18,842 nucleotides of DNA from Anaerolineae bacterium (GTDB lineage: Bacteria; Chloroflexota; Anaerolineae; Aggregatilineales; UBA3940). The position numbers and the translations under genes were made by a program. The notes beneath the pieces were generated by a model. It was not told where the DNA came from. It made no database searches and saw only the letters and a list, made by a program, of their open reading frames with translations. Of this stretch, positions 7,679 to 16,120 are shown one piece after another. The stretch is taken from positions 1-18,842 of the forward strand of contig JAFGLD010000276.1 in the NCBI GenBank assembly GCA_016928235.1. Reading direction: 5' to 3'. How positions within the stretch are numbered: the stretch's first letter is position 1; each line of letters opens with the position of its first letter.

Positions 7679-8926
7679 TCAGAACTTCTTGATCACCCTC
7701 TCCAACGCATCCAGACCCTGTTCCAGCTTTGCCGTCTCCGGACCAAAGCTGATGCGAGAATAGTGCTCGTAGCGCGCGTAGGAGCGTCGATGATCGGGAT
7801 TGACATCGAAGAAAACGCCGGGAATGGTAATCACATTCTCCTTTAGCCCCTCCCTGAAGAAGCTCATGCCGTCGTTGATCGGCGAGGGTAGCCGGGAAAG
7901 GTTAGCCCAAACATAGAATGTCCCGGCCGGCCTGGCATCCGCATAGATTCCCATGTCCTTGAGTCGTTCCAACGTATAGGCACACTTCTGGCGGAAGCAG
8001 GTCTGGATGGCCAATGTCTCCTGCCTGGAATACTCAATATCCAGGAGCCCTAGCGCCACGCTCTGAAAAGGATGGTTGGCTCCACCGTCCAGGAATGACC
8101 CGGCACTGGCAATCGCCTCGATCACCTCGCGTGGGCCGAGTGTCCAACTGATGCGCAAACCGGGATAACGCCAGTTCTTGGTCAGCCCGTCGACGAGGAT
8201 GACAGGGTCGCTATCCACGTCTTCCACATAGGCGGCAGCCGAGACCATCCGCCCCAGATCGCCTTCGTGGATAAAGTGTGAATAAAACTCATCGAGGATC
8301 AACGAGCAGTGACAGCGACGCGCTATCCGGCACCAGTCTTGCAGCTCTTCGCCCTCGGCGACCTGACCGGTGGGGTTACAGGGATTACTGGCGAGAAGCG
8401 CGCTCAGGCCGCGGCCCAGGACTTCCCGCTCCAGCTCTGCCGGAGTGATATGATATCCCTGGCCGGCATCCAGCAGAATCGGGATGGCGCTGAAGGCCTT
8501 GAAGATGCCGAGCAGCTCTTCGTAGGCAGTGTAATCGGGGATGAAGTGTCCCATGTTGATGGTGCCCAACGCGGCAGCCAATCGGGTCAGCGCCATGCGT
8601 CCGCCGCTGGCGATGCTGACATTCTCGGCGCTGTACTGCGATGCCTTCCCCCGGCGATAGTGCGCGTTGTAGTAATCGGCAACAGCCTGGCGTAGTGCCC
8701 AATTTCCTTCGATGGGTGAATAGCCCCGGTTGGGCGCCGGGATGGTGATGGTATCGATGCGCGGTGGGGCTCCGGGAAGATCGCCGGTCTCAGGTGAGCC
8801 CTGCCCCAGGTTGGCCCAGTCGCCATTTTGGTAGGTAAAACCAAGCTGGGCGGCTTCATGCATCACGTAGATAACGCCGGTGCGCGGCACGAATCGAAAG
8901 CCGGGGATAGTGGAGGGTTGTTCCAT
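7679..8926 (-). CDS. pyridoxal-phosphate-dependent aminotransferase, class I/II fold (substrate unknown)
   Basis: 415 aa. ANLGQGSPE (the LGxGxP region), a conserved YSP motif and FIPDYTAYEE are typical of fold-type-I aminotransferases. ATG at 8924-8926. Confidence 0.75.
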   Translation of the reverse strand: MEQPSTIPGFRFVPRTGVIYVMHEAAQLGFTYQNGDWANLGQGSPETGDLPGAPPRIDTITIPAPNRGYSPIEGNWALRQAVADYYNAHYRRGKASQYSAENVSIASGGRMALTRLAAALGTINMGHFIPDYTAYEELLGIFKAFSAIPILLDAGQGYHITPAELEREVLGRGLSALLASNPCNPTGQVAEGEELQDWCRIARRCHCSLILDEFYSHFIHEGDLGRMVSAAAYVEDVDSDPVILVDGLTKNWRYPGLRISWTLGPREVIEAIASAGSFLDGGANHPFQSVALGLLDIEYSRQETLAIQTCFRQKCAYTLERLKDMGIYADARPAGTFYVWANLSRLPSPINDGMSFFREGLKENVITIPGVFFDVNPDHRRSYARYEHYSRISFGPETAKLEQGLDALERVIKKF

Positions 8927-9015
8927 CGTTGAGTGACTCTTTGTATTGGCGGAGGATACCGATTGGACGAGGATTCTCTCTCAATGTAAAAGATCATGCC
9001 AGAAGCCGGTTGAGT

Positions 9016-9061
9016 GTCTCCTTCCCTGTGTTTCTACACTCTGTGCGGGAACGAAGGAGAC
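9016..9061. promoter_or_regulatory. 9-bp inverted repeat GTCTCCTTC ... GAAGGAGAC with a 28-nt spacer in the divergent aminotransferase/GH43 intergenic region
   Basis: Read directly (9016-9024 / 9053-9061). No following T-tract, so not a typical terminator. Confidence 0.35.
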
Positions 9062-9323
9062 CCAACGCCGAATCCTGTTGGCTCAGTCTTGTCATTTGTG
9101 ATGGTAATCCTGATACCCCATCGATGTGCTCGTTATGGAGAAATGTCAACATAATCGGCACTACTGGTGATATAAGAGTGGTCATGGTAAGTGTTCCACG
9201 AATAAACAACAGCACTGAGTACAGATCGGCAAAACAGTCATCGATGAATGTTTGGTCACTGTGTCTGCCAGGGAGTAGAATAACAGTAGATTCGCCACGT
9301 CATGTTGTATAAGGAACCTGCTC

Positions 9324-10889
9324 ATGCATAGACATTTTCGTAATCCAATCCTGCCAGGCTTTTACCCCGATCCTTCTGTTTGTCGCGTTGGTGAGGATTA
9401 CTACCTGATCAACTCGACCTTTGAGTATTTCCCCGGCCTGCCAATCTTCCACAGCCGAGACCTGGTCAACTGGCATCAGATCGGCCATGTCTTAACCCGC
9501 CCATCACAGCTCAACCTGGATGGTATTCGACCCTCCGGGGGGTTGTATGCGCCTACCATCCGCTATCATCAGGGCACTTTCTATGTCATCAATACGCTGG
9601 TCGATGGCAAGAAGGAGCACGGCAACTTTATCGTAACTGCTCCTGCTATCGAAGGCCCTTGGTCCGAACCATACTGGTTAGATGACGCGCCCGGCATCGA
9701 TCCATCTTTGTTCTTCGATGACGATGGGCGTGTCTGGTATGTTGGCAATCGTCTGCATCCCAAGGGAACATTCCGAGGCCATTGCGAAATCTGGCTGCAA
9801 GAGCTTGATCTGAAGACCATGCAGCTAACCGGTTCGAAATACTCATTGTGGGAAGGCGCGCTGAATAAGGCCGGCTGGGCCGAAGGCCCGCACATCTACA
9901 AAGTTGACGGAATGTATTACCTGATGATTGCTGAGGGTGGAACCCATCATGATCATGCTGTGACTATCGCCCGCAGCGAGGCGATTACCGGCCCATACGT
10001 AGGCAATATACGTAATCCCATCCTCACACATCGCAATCTCGGGTTAGATTACCCCATTGTTGGGACGGGGCACGCCGATCTGGTCGAGACGCAGAATGGG
10101 GAGTGGTGGATGGTCATGCTGGCCATACGGCCTTATGACGGATATTTCTACAATCTGGGCCGCGAGACTTTCCTGACTCCTGTCCGATGGGAGGACGGGT
10201 GGCCGGTCGTCAATCCTGGGGTTGGACATGTCGAATTTGAGACCCCGGCTCCGGATTTACCCGAGCATCGATGGCCTTCCCCGCCTGCCTGCGACCATTT
10301 CGATGCACAAAAGCTGGCGCTTTGCTGGAATGTCCTGCGTACTCCGCGCGAGTCTTTCTGGAGCCTGTCTGATCGCCCTGGCCATCTGCGTTTGTATTTG
10401 CGGCCACAGACCCTATCTGAGTTGGCCAACCCCAGCTTTGTTGGGCGCAGGCAACAGCATATCGACTTCGCCGCGCGGACAGCCATGGAGTTTACGCCTC
10501 AAAGCAATCATGAATGCGCCGGGATCGTATTGCTGCAAAATAATGACTTCCATTTTCGTTTTGTCATCACACAAGAACAAGAACCAGTTATTTGTCTGAT
10601 CAAGCGTGATAAGGGCGATGAAACGATTCTGGCCGAACAGCCTGTCCAGGCCGGTCGGGTTTACCTGAAGGTCTCAGCGGTTGGTCAGAAGTATAGTTTT
10701 TACGTTGCTACAGAGTATGAATGCTGGCATCCGGTTGCGGAAGATGTCGATGGGCGTATTCTGAGCACACCGGTGGCCGGTGGATTCGTCGGTGCGTATA
10801 TTGGAATGTATGCCAGCAGCAATGGTCAGCAGAGTGAGAATGTGGCCGATTGGGATTGGTTCGAATACGATGGCTTAGATGGCAAGTAG
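9324..10889 (+). CDS. xynB: glycoside hydrolase family 43 beta-xylosidase / alpha-L-arabinofuranosidase (XynB-like, with C-terminal beta-sandwich domain)
   Basis: 521 aa. N-terminal NPILPGFYPDPSVCRVGEDYYLINSTFEYFPGLPIFHSRDLVNWHQIG is the canonical GH43 beta-xylosidase start. AAGGAAC 7 nt upstream of the ATG. Confidence 0.88.
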   Translation: MHRHFRNPILPGFYPDPSVCRVGEDYYLINSTFEYFPGLPIFHSRDLVNWHQIGHVLTRPSQLNLDGIRPSGGLYAPTIRYHQGTFYVINTLVDGKKEHGNFIVTAPAIEGPWSEPYWLDDAPGIDPSLFFDDDGRVWYVGNRLHPKGTFRGHCEIWLQELDLKTMQLTGSKYSLWEGALNKAGWAEGPHIYKVDGMYYLMIAEGGTHHDHAVTIARSEAITGPYVGNIRNPILTHRNLGLDYPIVGTGHADLVETQNGEWWMVMLAIRPYDGYFYNLGRETFLTPVRWEDGWPVVNPGVGHVEFETPAPDLPEHRWPSPPACDHFDAQKLALCWNVLRTPRESFWSLSDRPGHLRLYLRPQTLSELANPSFVGRRQQHIDFAARTAMEFTPQSNHECAGIVLLQNNDFHFRFVITQEQEPVICLIKRDKGDETILAEQPVQAGRVYLKVSAVGQKYSFYVATEYECWHPVAEDVDGRILSTPVAGGFVGAYIGMYASSNGQQSENVADWDWFEYDGLDGK

Positions 10890-10912
10890 AGATGATGATC
10901 GGTGAGGTAAAA

Positions 10913-11647
10913 ATGGACCCAACCATTCAGCACGCTTCCGATATTGGTGAGAGTCCGGCGGGTGATTGCAATACGTTGTCAGATGAAATGCGGGAGGTTC
11001 TCAGTTTATTCTCCACGTGGCGACATGATGGTGTCACTCCCCTGGTGGCTGTGAAAGGCTACACAGAGCTGCTCCTGAAGGGCGTAGGGGGCGATCTATC
11101 TGAGCGGCAGCGAGAGTTTCTGAATATCATCTATCATAGCTGTTTGCGAGCCATAACGCTATGGCATCATCCCGCCGAGTACCTGCAATCTCGGTTTGGG
11201 GGTCAGGAGCCGGCCTGGCGCAAGCTACAGCTTTCCGATGTTGTTGCCGATACCATGAACTATCTGCAAATGTACACACAAATGAACAAGGTGAGCATCG
11301 ATGTTCCCGACAACCTGCCGCCGATTAAAGGTATCTCAGAGCTAAAAGAAGCCTTTATTTGCCTGATAGAGCCTGATACTCCACATTATTATTGGAAAGA
11401 TCGATCGACAACGATTCAGGTCAGTCAAAGCGAGCCTTCGATGGTCGCCGTCCGTATTCAGACCGGCTTACAACTGACATCGCAGCAGATTGAAGACCCG
11501 GCAACTTTCTTTTGCCCCGGCAGTCGAGCTTCCACTGCCGATTTGATCGTCCGGCTGCATGGCAGTCATGTGACGTTTAACCCCCTGGATGAGGGGACGG
11601 AATTCCGGTTTGGATTGCCCGTTTGGAATGGGTCCACCGAAGGATGA
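10913..11647 (+). CDS. sensor-less histidine-kinase-like protein: HisKA H-box retained, HATPase_c motifs degenerate (pseudo-kinase)
   Basis: GGTGAGG RBS 5 nt before the ATG at 10913 (in-frame ATGs at 10892/10895 overlap the GH43 stop). H-box WRHDGVTPLVAVKGYTELL (compare SHELRTPL). In the catalytic domain the N-box Asn, the G1 DxGxG (here QTGLQ) and the G2 GxGxGL (here SRASTADL) are all lost, but the overall HK fold remains. No TM or sensor domain. Confidence 0.65.
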   Translation: MDPTIQHASDIGESPAGDCNTLSDEMREVLSLFSTWRHDGVTPLVAVKGYTELLLKGVGGDLSERQREFLNIIYHSCLRAITLWHHPAEYLQSRFGGQEPAWRKLQLSDVVADTMNYLQMYTQMNKVSIDVPDNLPPIKGISELKEAFICLIEPDTPHYYWKDRSTTIQVSQSEPSMVAVRIQTGLQLTSQQIEDPATFFCPGSRASTADLIVRLHGSHVTFNPLDEGTEFRFGLPVWNGSTEG

Positions 11648-12009
11648 CGGGTGTTCAGGTCTACCGTCAATCTGATGTGTGCACCGGGTAGTCTTTCTAA
11701 ATACAATCCTGCCACATCGATATAGTATTCAGATGCTTGATTGTGTTGTTGTTCTGATGCTGTGCTATACTAGCGGCGAGCCTCACCTATGACCTCTCCT
11801 TTTTAGACGAGGCTCATTCTGGGTAGGATGGCCGGGGCGATGGCGATCATCATCGAGATACGCCTCGGTCACCCCTACTCCCTGAAGTGGATGATCGTGC
11901 TCGTCCTGTTTTCCCTTCGAGCCTGTTGATCGCTGCAGCGTAACCCGCTTGGCTGTGGCACGAAACGCCAGGGCGGGTCGATACGGTTGTGGAATGGTCT
12001 CCCTGGAGA

Positions 12010-12597
12010 CTATCTTCCTCGGAATAGCCGGATCAACCAACCCAGAATATCATCTAGCGCCGAGCCGCTCTTATTGACATCCAGCACGCTGTTCAACAGA
12101 CTGATGATATCCGGGTTGGATTGTTGCACCTGCTGCTGTTGGCTGCCCAGAAAAGCCGACAGGTTATCTGTGTCAAACCCTTGTTGCTGCTGCTGTTGCC
12201 CCAGCATGCCCATCACCAGCGGCGCAACGATTTGCAGCAATTGTCCAACCTGGCTGCTGTCCAATCCGGTTCCCTGTGCCAGCCCACTGGTAACCGCGGG
12301 CTGTTGTCCTCCCAGGATATGTTCTAAAATCCCAGCCCCGTTGGCTGTTGCCGGATTTTCCAGAAAACTGGACATATCACCTAGAATCGAGCCATTGTGG
12401 TCGTCAGCCAGAGCCTGGTGCAGAGCCTGCGCGCCGGTTGGCTGGGAAGCATTATTGGCCAGAGCCGATACAAGTAGCGGGATAACCGTTGACAAGGCTG
12501 AGCCGGCAGTTTGCTCATCGGTGCCAATCTGCCGGCTAATTTGGGACAATTCATTCCCGGATAACTGTTGCATCAATTGTGTCGTTAAGGCATCCAT
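12010..12597 (-). CDS. DUF937 domain protein, Gln-rich
   Basis: Start taken at the internal ATG (cat at 12595-12597), which has GGAGAG 7 nt upstream; the ORF-track N-extension has no RBS. N-terminal MDALTTQLMQQLSGNELSQISRQIGTDEQTAGSALSTVIPLLVSAL fits the DUF937 consensus. Central QQQQQQ / QQQQVQQ are encoded by (CAG/CAA) repeats. Confidence 0.65.
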   Translation of the reverse strand: MDALTTQLMQQLSGNELSQISRQIGTDEQTAGSALSTVIPLLVSALANNASQPTGAQALHQALADDHNGSILGDMSSFLENPATANGAGILEHILGGQQPAVTSGLAQGTGLDSSQVGQLLQIVAPLVMGMLGQQQQQQGFDTDNLSAFLGSQQQQVQQSNPDIISLLNSVLDVNKSGSALDDILGWLIRLFRGR

Positions 12598-12699
12598 CGT
12601 CGCTCTCCTCTTCCTTAAACGTTTGGTATGTTTTTTCTCGTTCGATGTCCGGCATCGGCTGTGATGCAGGCCGACCACCCGGCCAATATATTGCCTCGT

Positions 12700-12750
12700 G
12701 GGAGGAGAATAGGCTCGCCCCCATCAATCGGGCGGGGCTCGGCTCCTCCC
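12700..12750. repeat. GC-rich inverted repeat GGGAGGAG ... CTCCTCCC (8 bp) around a 35-nt spacer with nested GC pairing
   Basis: Read directly (12700-12707 / 12743-12750). It lies between the AKR stop (12782) and the DUF937 start (12597) on the minus-strand transcript. Confidence 0.5.
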
Positions 12751-12781
12751 TGCAAGGTATTGTGAGGATTCGCCGACAAGA

Positions 12782-13639
12782 TCATGTGAATAGCGGCTGC
12801 ATTCCCAGTCTGGCTACCTGCATTTGCATGTCTTTGTCTGTCGGTGGAGTCTGGAAACGATCCGCGGCATCCAGGACTTTCGGAAGAACCTGGATATCTC
12901 CTACGGAGTTCAGAAATAACCCTTCATGCCCTAAAACCCAGTGTACTGCTTGATCGATATCGCCCTGATCTTCCAGAGGTTGGTACCAGGTGGCACGGTC
13001 CGGCGTGTCTTCTCCCCATGGCCGATGCACAATAGATTTGATGGTTTGTACTGCCACGTTCCGAGATTGGCACAGACTGACCAGATCCCAAAACTCGCGT
13101 CGATAGTGCTCGTTCTGTGTCATCACATAGTTAAGCGGCAGTAAGACAGAATCAAAATCGAACCGGTCCAGCGCCTGGCGATGCATGGCGGCTGCCGTTA
13201 GCCCATGGCCGGTAACGCCGATAAAGCGCACCAGCCCTTGTTCGCGGGCCTCGATGGCGGCTTCCAGTGCGCCCCCTGGTCCGAGCGCTGTTTCCCACTC
13301 TTGAGGATCGACCAGGTTGTGCAATTGCAGAAGATCCACTTGATCGATACATAGTCGCTCCAATGAGCGACGGATCTGTTCTCGCGCCCCAACTGCAGTG
13401 CGCTCGTCTGTTTTTGTGGCGAGAAAGAAGGATTTGCCGTGCTTGCTGATCCAGCTACCCAAACGGATTTCTGCCTCACCATAACTGGCAGCCACATCGA
13501 CATGATTGATCCCAAAAGATAATACCGATTCCAATGTTGCATCGGTCTCTGCTTGAGTAACCTGGGCAAAAGCCGCTGCTCCTAGAATAACGCGCGTACT
13601 TGAATGCCCGGTTCGTCCAAATGTGTGTTTTGCAATCAT
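12782..13639 (-). CDS. aldo/keto reductase family oxidoreductase
   Basis: 285 aa. The N-terminal G-R-T-G-x-x-x-S motif ([14 protein letters not shown]), [14 protein letters not shown] and LATK match the AKR signature with catalytic Tyr and Lys. GGGAG RBS 7 nt before the ATG at 13637-13639. Confidence 0.8.
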   Translation of the reverse strand: MIAKHTFGRTGHSSTRVILGAAAFAQVTQAETDATLESVLSFGINHVDVAASYGEAEIRLGSWISKHGKSFFLATKTDERTAVGAREQIRRSLERLCIDQVDLLQLHNLVDPQEWETALGPGGALEAAIEAREQGLVRFIGVTGHGLTAAAMHRQALDRFDFDSVLLPLNYVMTQNEHYRREFWDLVSLCQSRNVAVQTIKSIVHRPWGEDTPDRATWYQPLEDQGDIDQAVHWVLGHEGLFLNSVGDIQVLPKVLDAADRFQTPPTDKDMQMQVARLGMQPLFT

Positions 13640-13962
13640 AATCAGCTCCCTGGGTGTATCGATATCGAAAGCATGTTACCGGCAGTCCATTTGCGTGTGC
13701 TCAACGGATATTGCTGCACGACTCCAGACCTGGGCTATGTCATCATTGATCTGGTCATAGCGATCGGCCGGTTTGCAGTCTAAGTGTAAACCCACTTGGT
13801 TTTCAGGCAAACTGGCGCTGCTCCCATCACAAACCCAGTAACGCCCAGAGCTACAGGTAGACAAGCATACCCTGGTAGCTTCTCCAGCAATATCGTAGAA
13901 TAGAGATGAGGGGCACTAAAAAGCCTGTTGGGCCGCAAGATAATGAATGGTTGGCCAATTTC

Positions 13963-13997
13963 TTGATCACCAACCAAACAATTTACAATTATACAAT
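13963..13997 (+). promoter_or_regulatory. candidate sigma70-like promoter for the flotillin-like gene (TTGATC ... TACAAT)
   Basis: TTGATC at 13963-13968. TACAAT at 13984-13989 and again at 13992-13997. Spacing is suboptimal (15 or 23 nt). Confidence 0.25.
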
Positions 13998-14022
13998 AAC
14001 TTAAACTGCTGGGAGGCTAAAG

Positions 14023-15552
14023 ATGGGGACCAGGCGAAAGGCGGCGGCTGAACTGTTCCGAGAGCAAAATATTGCGCAGATGGCTGATATGACTTTTGAT
14101 GAGGATAGCAGTGTCATGGATGAATCAGGACAAGTAGAAGCACAGCCTGACGCTGCACCTGCTCAGGTTGATATGGTACGCGATCTTGCACCTGCTTCGG
14201 TAGGGGGCAGGATCAGGCAATCGTCGTATCGTGCCGCCCCACTGCCAGTAACCGGGCTGCCCACCTCTGAGGAACTTCAGATGCAGAAGGAGCCCATCCG
14301 GGTGCGTGAGACACGCCTCCTGTTCTGGCGCTGGGTTGTTGTCCCTCCGAATGTCTATGTAGTGCATACACGATCAGGGCGCAAAAACCCGGTTACAATT
14401 GGCCTGGGGATATCATTCCGTTTCCGCCCAAATACCGATTCCTATCTTGTTGTTCCGGCTGCCATGCAGACTATTGGAATTGTCGCTAACTGTATCACAA
14501 AGGAAAAGCAGGGTGTCAACATCCTGGCTTACGTCCAGTGGCAGATAGCCGATTTCAGCATTGCCTATCAGAAGCTTGATTTTTCCGATCTGCGCGATCC
14601 GCTGGCCATTGTCAATGCGCAGCTCCGGGAGCAGGCTGAGGCGGCCATCAAAGATAAGATCGCCACCATGAGCGTCGAGGAAGTCCTGACTGATAAGGCT
14701 CCGATCATCGAGGAGCTTACTGCCCGGCTGAAGGCAGTCGCCGAAGGGAGAACAGAAAATCAGTCAGATGCTAACGAGGGGTTGGGTATCAAGATTGTCA
14801 CTGTACAGCTAAAGGAGGCAATGGTAAGCTCCCAGCGGCTATGGGAAAACTTGCAAGCTCCTTTCCGCCATGAGAAAGAACTGGCGGCTCGAATGAGTTA
14901 TTTGGGTATGCAGCAACAGATCCAGAAAAGAGAGCTGGATGCCCGCCAGTTCGCCGAGACCTCCGAAGCGGAAACTTCCACGGCTATCGAGCTGGCCAAG
15001 CAAGCCCAGGAGACCGAGGCACACCAGGCCCGTTTGAGGGCCGAGGGGCAGCGGTACCAGATGGAAGTCGAAGCAACGTTGGCCAAGCTCGAAGAGGATA
15101 CACGCCTTAATGATGCGCAGCTCACAGCACAGCAGGCAGCCTACGAACGGCAGACTAAGCTCCAGAGTCTCGATGCTGATCTGAGCATTCTTGGCCAACA
15201 GTTGGCTGATGCGTTAGAGGATGCCAAACAGAATGCCAGCCTGGAGCGGGAAGAAGCGGCTCATCGCGTGAGGCGGACGATCCTGGAGAGCGAGGTTGAA
15301 GTCGATCGACTTCGGCAGGAGATCCGCAACCTGGCCAACAACCAAGACCTGGCTGCCCGCCTGATCGAGCAGCTCCCCGCGTTAGCCTCGAGTCTGCCCC
15401 AAATCGATGAGCTGCGGGTGCTGCAGACAGGCAAGGATGGTGGTTTTGATGCCCTAGCCGGCTTCTTGCTGAATATCCGTGAGCTGGCCAGGAGTATGGG
15501 CCTGACCGATCTCTCGCTCGGAGGTAGTGGGTTTGATGAGGATGCCGGCTAG
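14023..15552 (+). CDS. flotillin-like SPFH/Band-7 domain protein with long coiled-coil C-terminus and acidic disordered N-terminal extension
   Basis: GGGAGG RBS 6 nt upstream. Residues about 100-260 (VVVPPNVYVVHTRSGRKNPVTIGLG...ILAYVQWQIADFSIAYQ...SVEEVLTDKAPIIEELTARL...GIKIVTVQLKEA) match the SPFH fold. Then about 200 aa of E/A/Q-rich heptad coiled coil, as in FloT/YqiK flotillins. No hydrophobic N-terminal hairpin. Confidence 0.75.
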   Translation: MGTRRKAAAELFREQNIAQMADMTFDEDSSVMDESGQVEAQPDAAPAQVDMVRDLAPASVGGRIRQSSYRAAPLPVTGLPTSEELQMQKEPIRVRETRLLFWRWVVVPPNVYVVHTRSGRKNPVTIGLGISFRFRPNTDSYLVVPAAMQTIGIVANCITKEKQGVNILAYVQWQIADFSIAYQKLDFSDLRDPLAIVNAQLREQAEAAIKDKIATMSVEEVLTDKAPIIEELTARLKAVAEGRTENQSDANEGLGIKIVTVQLKEAMVSSQRLWENLQAPFRHEKELAARMSYLGMQQQIQKRELDARQFAETSEAETSTAIELAKQAQETEAHQARLRAEGQRYQMEVEATLAKLEEDTRLNDAQLTAQQAAYERQTKLQSLDADLSILGQQLADALEDAKQNASLEREEAAHRVRRTILESEVEVDRLRQEIRNLANNQDLAARLIEQLPALASSLPQIDELRVLQTGKDGGFDALAGFLLNIRELARSMGLTDLSLGGSGFDEDAG

Positions 15553-15595
15553 TGTGCTGTATGATGTCTTCTGCGTGACATTGAGGTGACAAAGC

Positions 15596-15641
15596 AAGAG
15601 CGGCAGCTTTCTCTCGCTGGGGAAGACCGCCGCTTGTTTTT
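15596..15641 (+). terminator. intrinsic terminator of the flotillin-like gene (nested GC hairpin GCGGC/GCCGC plus CAGC/GCTG, followed by TTGTTTTT)
   Basis: Stem elements at 15600-15607 / 15616-15619 and 15629-15633, then the T-tract 15634-15641. Confidence 0.5.
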
Positions 15642-15700
15642 CCCGTCGATTTACCTTGCCGATATCAGGCTGTGGATGCCTGAGATGAGGTTGTTTCGTG

Positions 15701-16120
15701 TCATGGTTTGAGCAAATCGATAATCGTTGACTTGTCCAATGCCACCGGTGAAAGATCGACATATAGACCATCTGGCACTATGTCGACGACATTTGCGCCG
15801 GCCAGGGTCAAAATCTCCTTAAAATTAAAATCCAGAGAGTTGCTCAGACTGTTTACCAGGAATTTTTTGGTATAGGCTAACTGATTGCTGTGATGAGAAG
15901 TGATGGAATTGCCTGTGCTCACTTTGGCAAAATACACTCGATTTTCGTCATCGACATTCAATCTCAAACCCGGGATGGTGTGCTTTTGGGTAGTATTGAT
16001 GTTGGCGACGGCAATAATGTTGTTGACATCGATCGTATAATTGCGACCAAAGTTTTCGCAGTGTGTAGTTTCGGGTAAACGGATCGCAGATGCGCCTGTT
16101 GGGGCGCAGCTATGAATGTA
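15701..16120 (-). CDS. hypothetical protein (orphan ORF in a low-GC islet). The 5' end is uncertain because the only ATG (16172-16174) overlaps the methyltransferase 3' end by about 65 nt and has no RBS.
   Basis: 157-codon ORF in a region of about 40-47% GC (hand-counted on five 60-nt lines), against roughly 55-62% in flanking genes. Asn/Ser/Thr/Ile-rich product with no recognisable motif. A long ORF is unlikely by chance in AT-rich DNA. Confidence 0.3.
   Translation of the reverse strand, partial: YIHSCAPTGASAIRLPETTHCENFGRNYTIDVNNIIAVANINTTQKHTIPGLRLNVDDENRVYFAKVSTGNSITSHHSNQLAYTKKFLVNSLSNSLDFNFKEILTLAGANVVDIVPDGLYVDLSPVALDKSTIIDLLKP

Noticed and set aside
7475-7846. 123-aa plus-strand ORF
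   Set aside because: It begins inside the tandem repeat array with no RBS and runs antisense into the aminotransferase 3' end.
8309-8859. Three overlapping ORFs (8309-8695 +, 8385-8702 -, 8587-8859 -)
   Set aside because: They are alternative frames inside the aminotransferase gene, in a GC-rich region that is stop-poor by chance.
11833-11934. 33-aa hydrophobic peptide ORF (MAGAMAIIIEIRLGH...)
   Set aside because: Its ATG is directly abutted by the only purine-rich stretch, leaving no usable SD spacing. It is too short to support without expression data.
11987-12664. 225-aa Cys-rich plus-strand ORF
   Set aside because: It is antisense to the DUF937 gene. The poly-Cys comes from reading the CAG/CTG repeat on the wrong strand.
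14839-15592. Minus-strand ORFs of 119, 75 and 145 aa
   Set aside because: They are antisense to the flotillin-like gene and are low-complexity from reading the EA-repeat region backwards.
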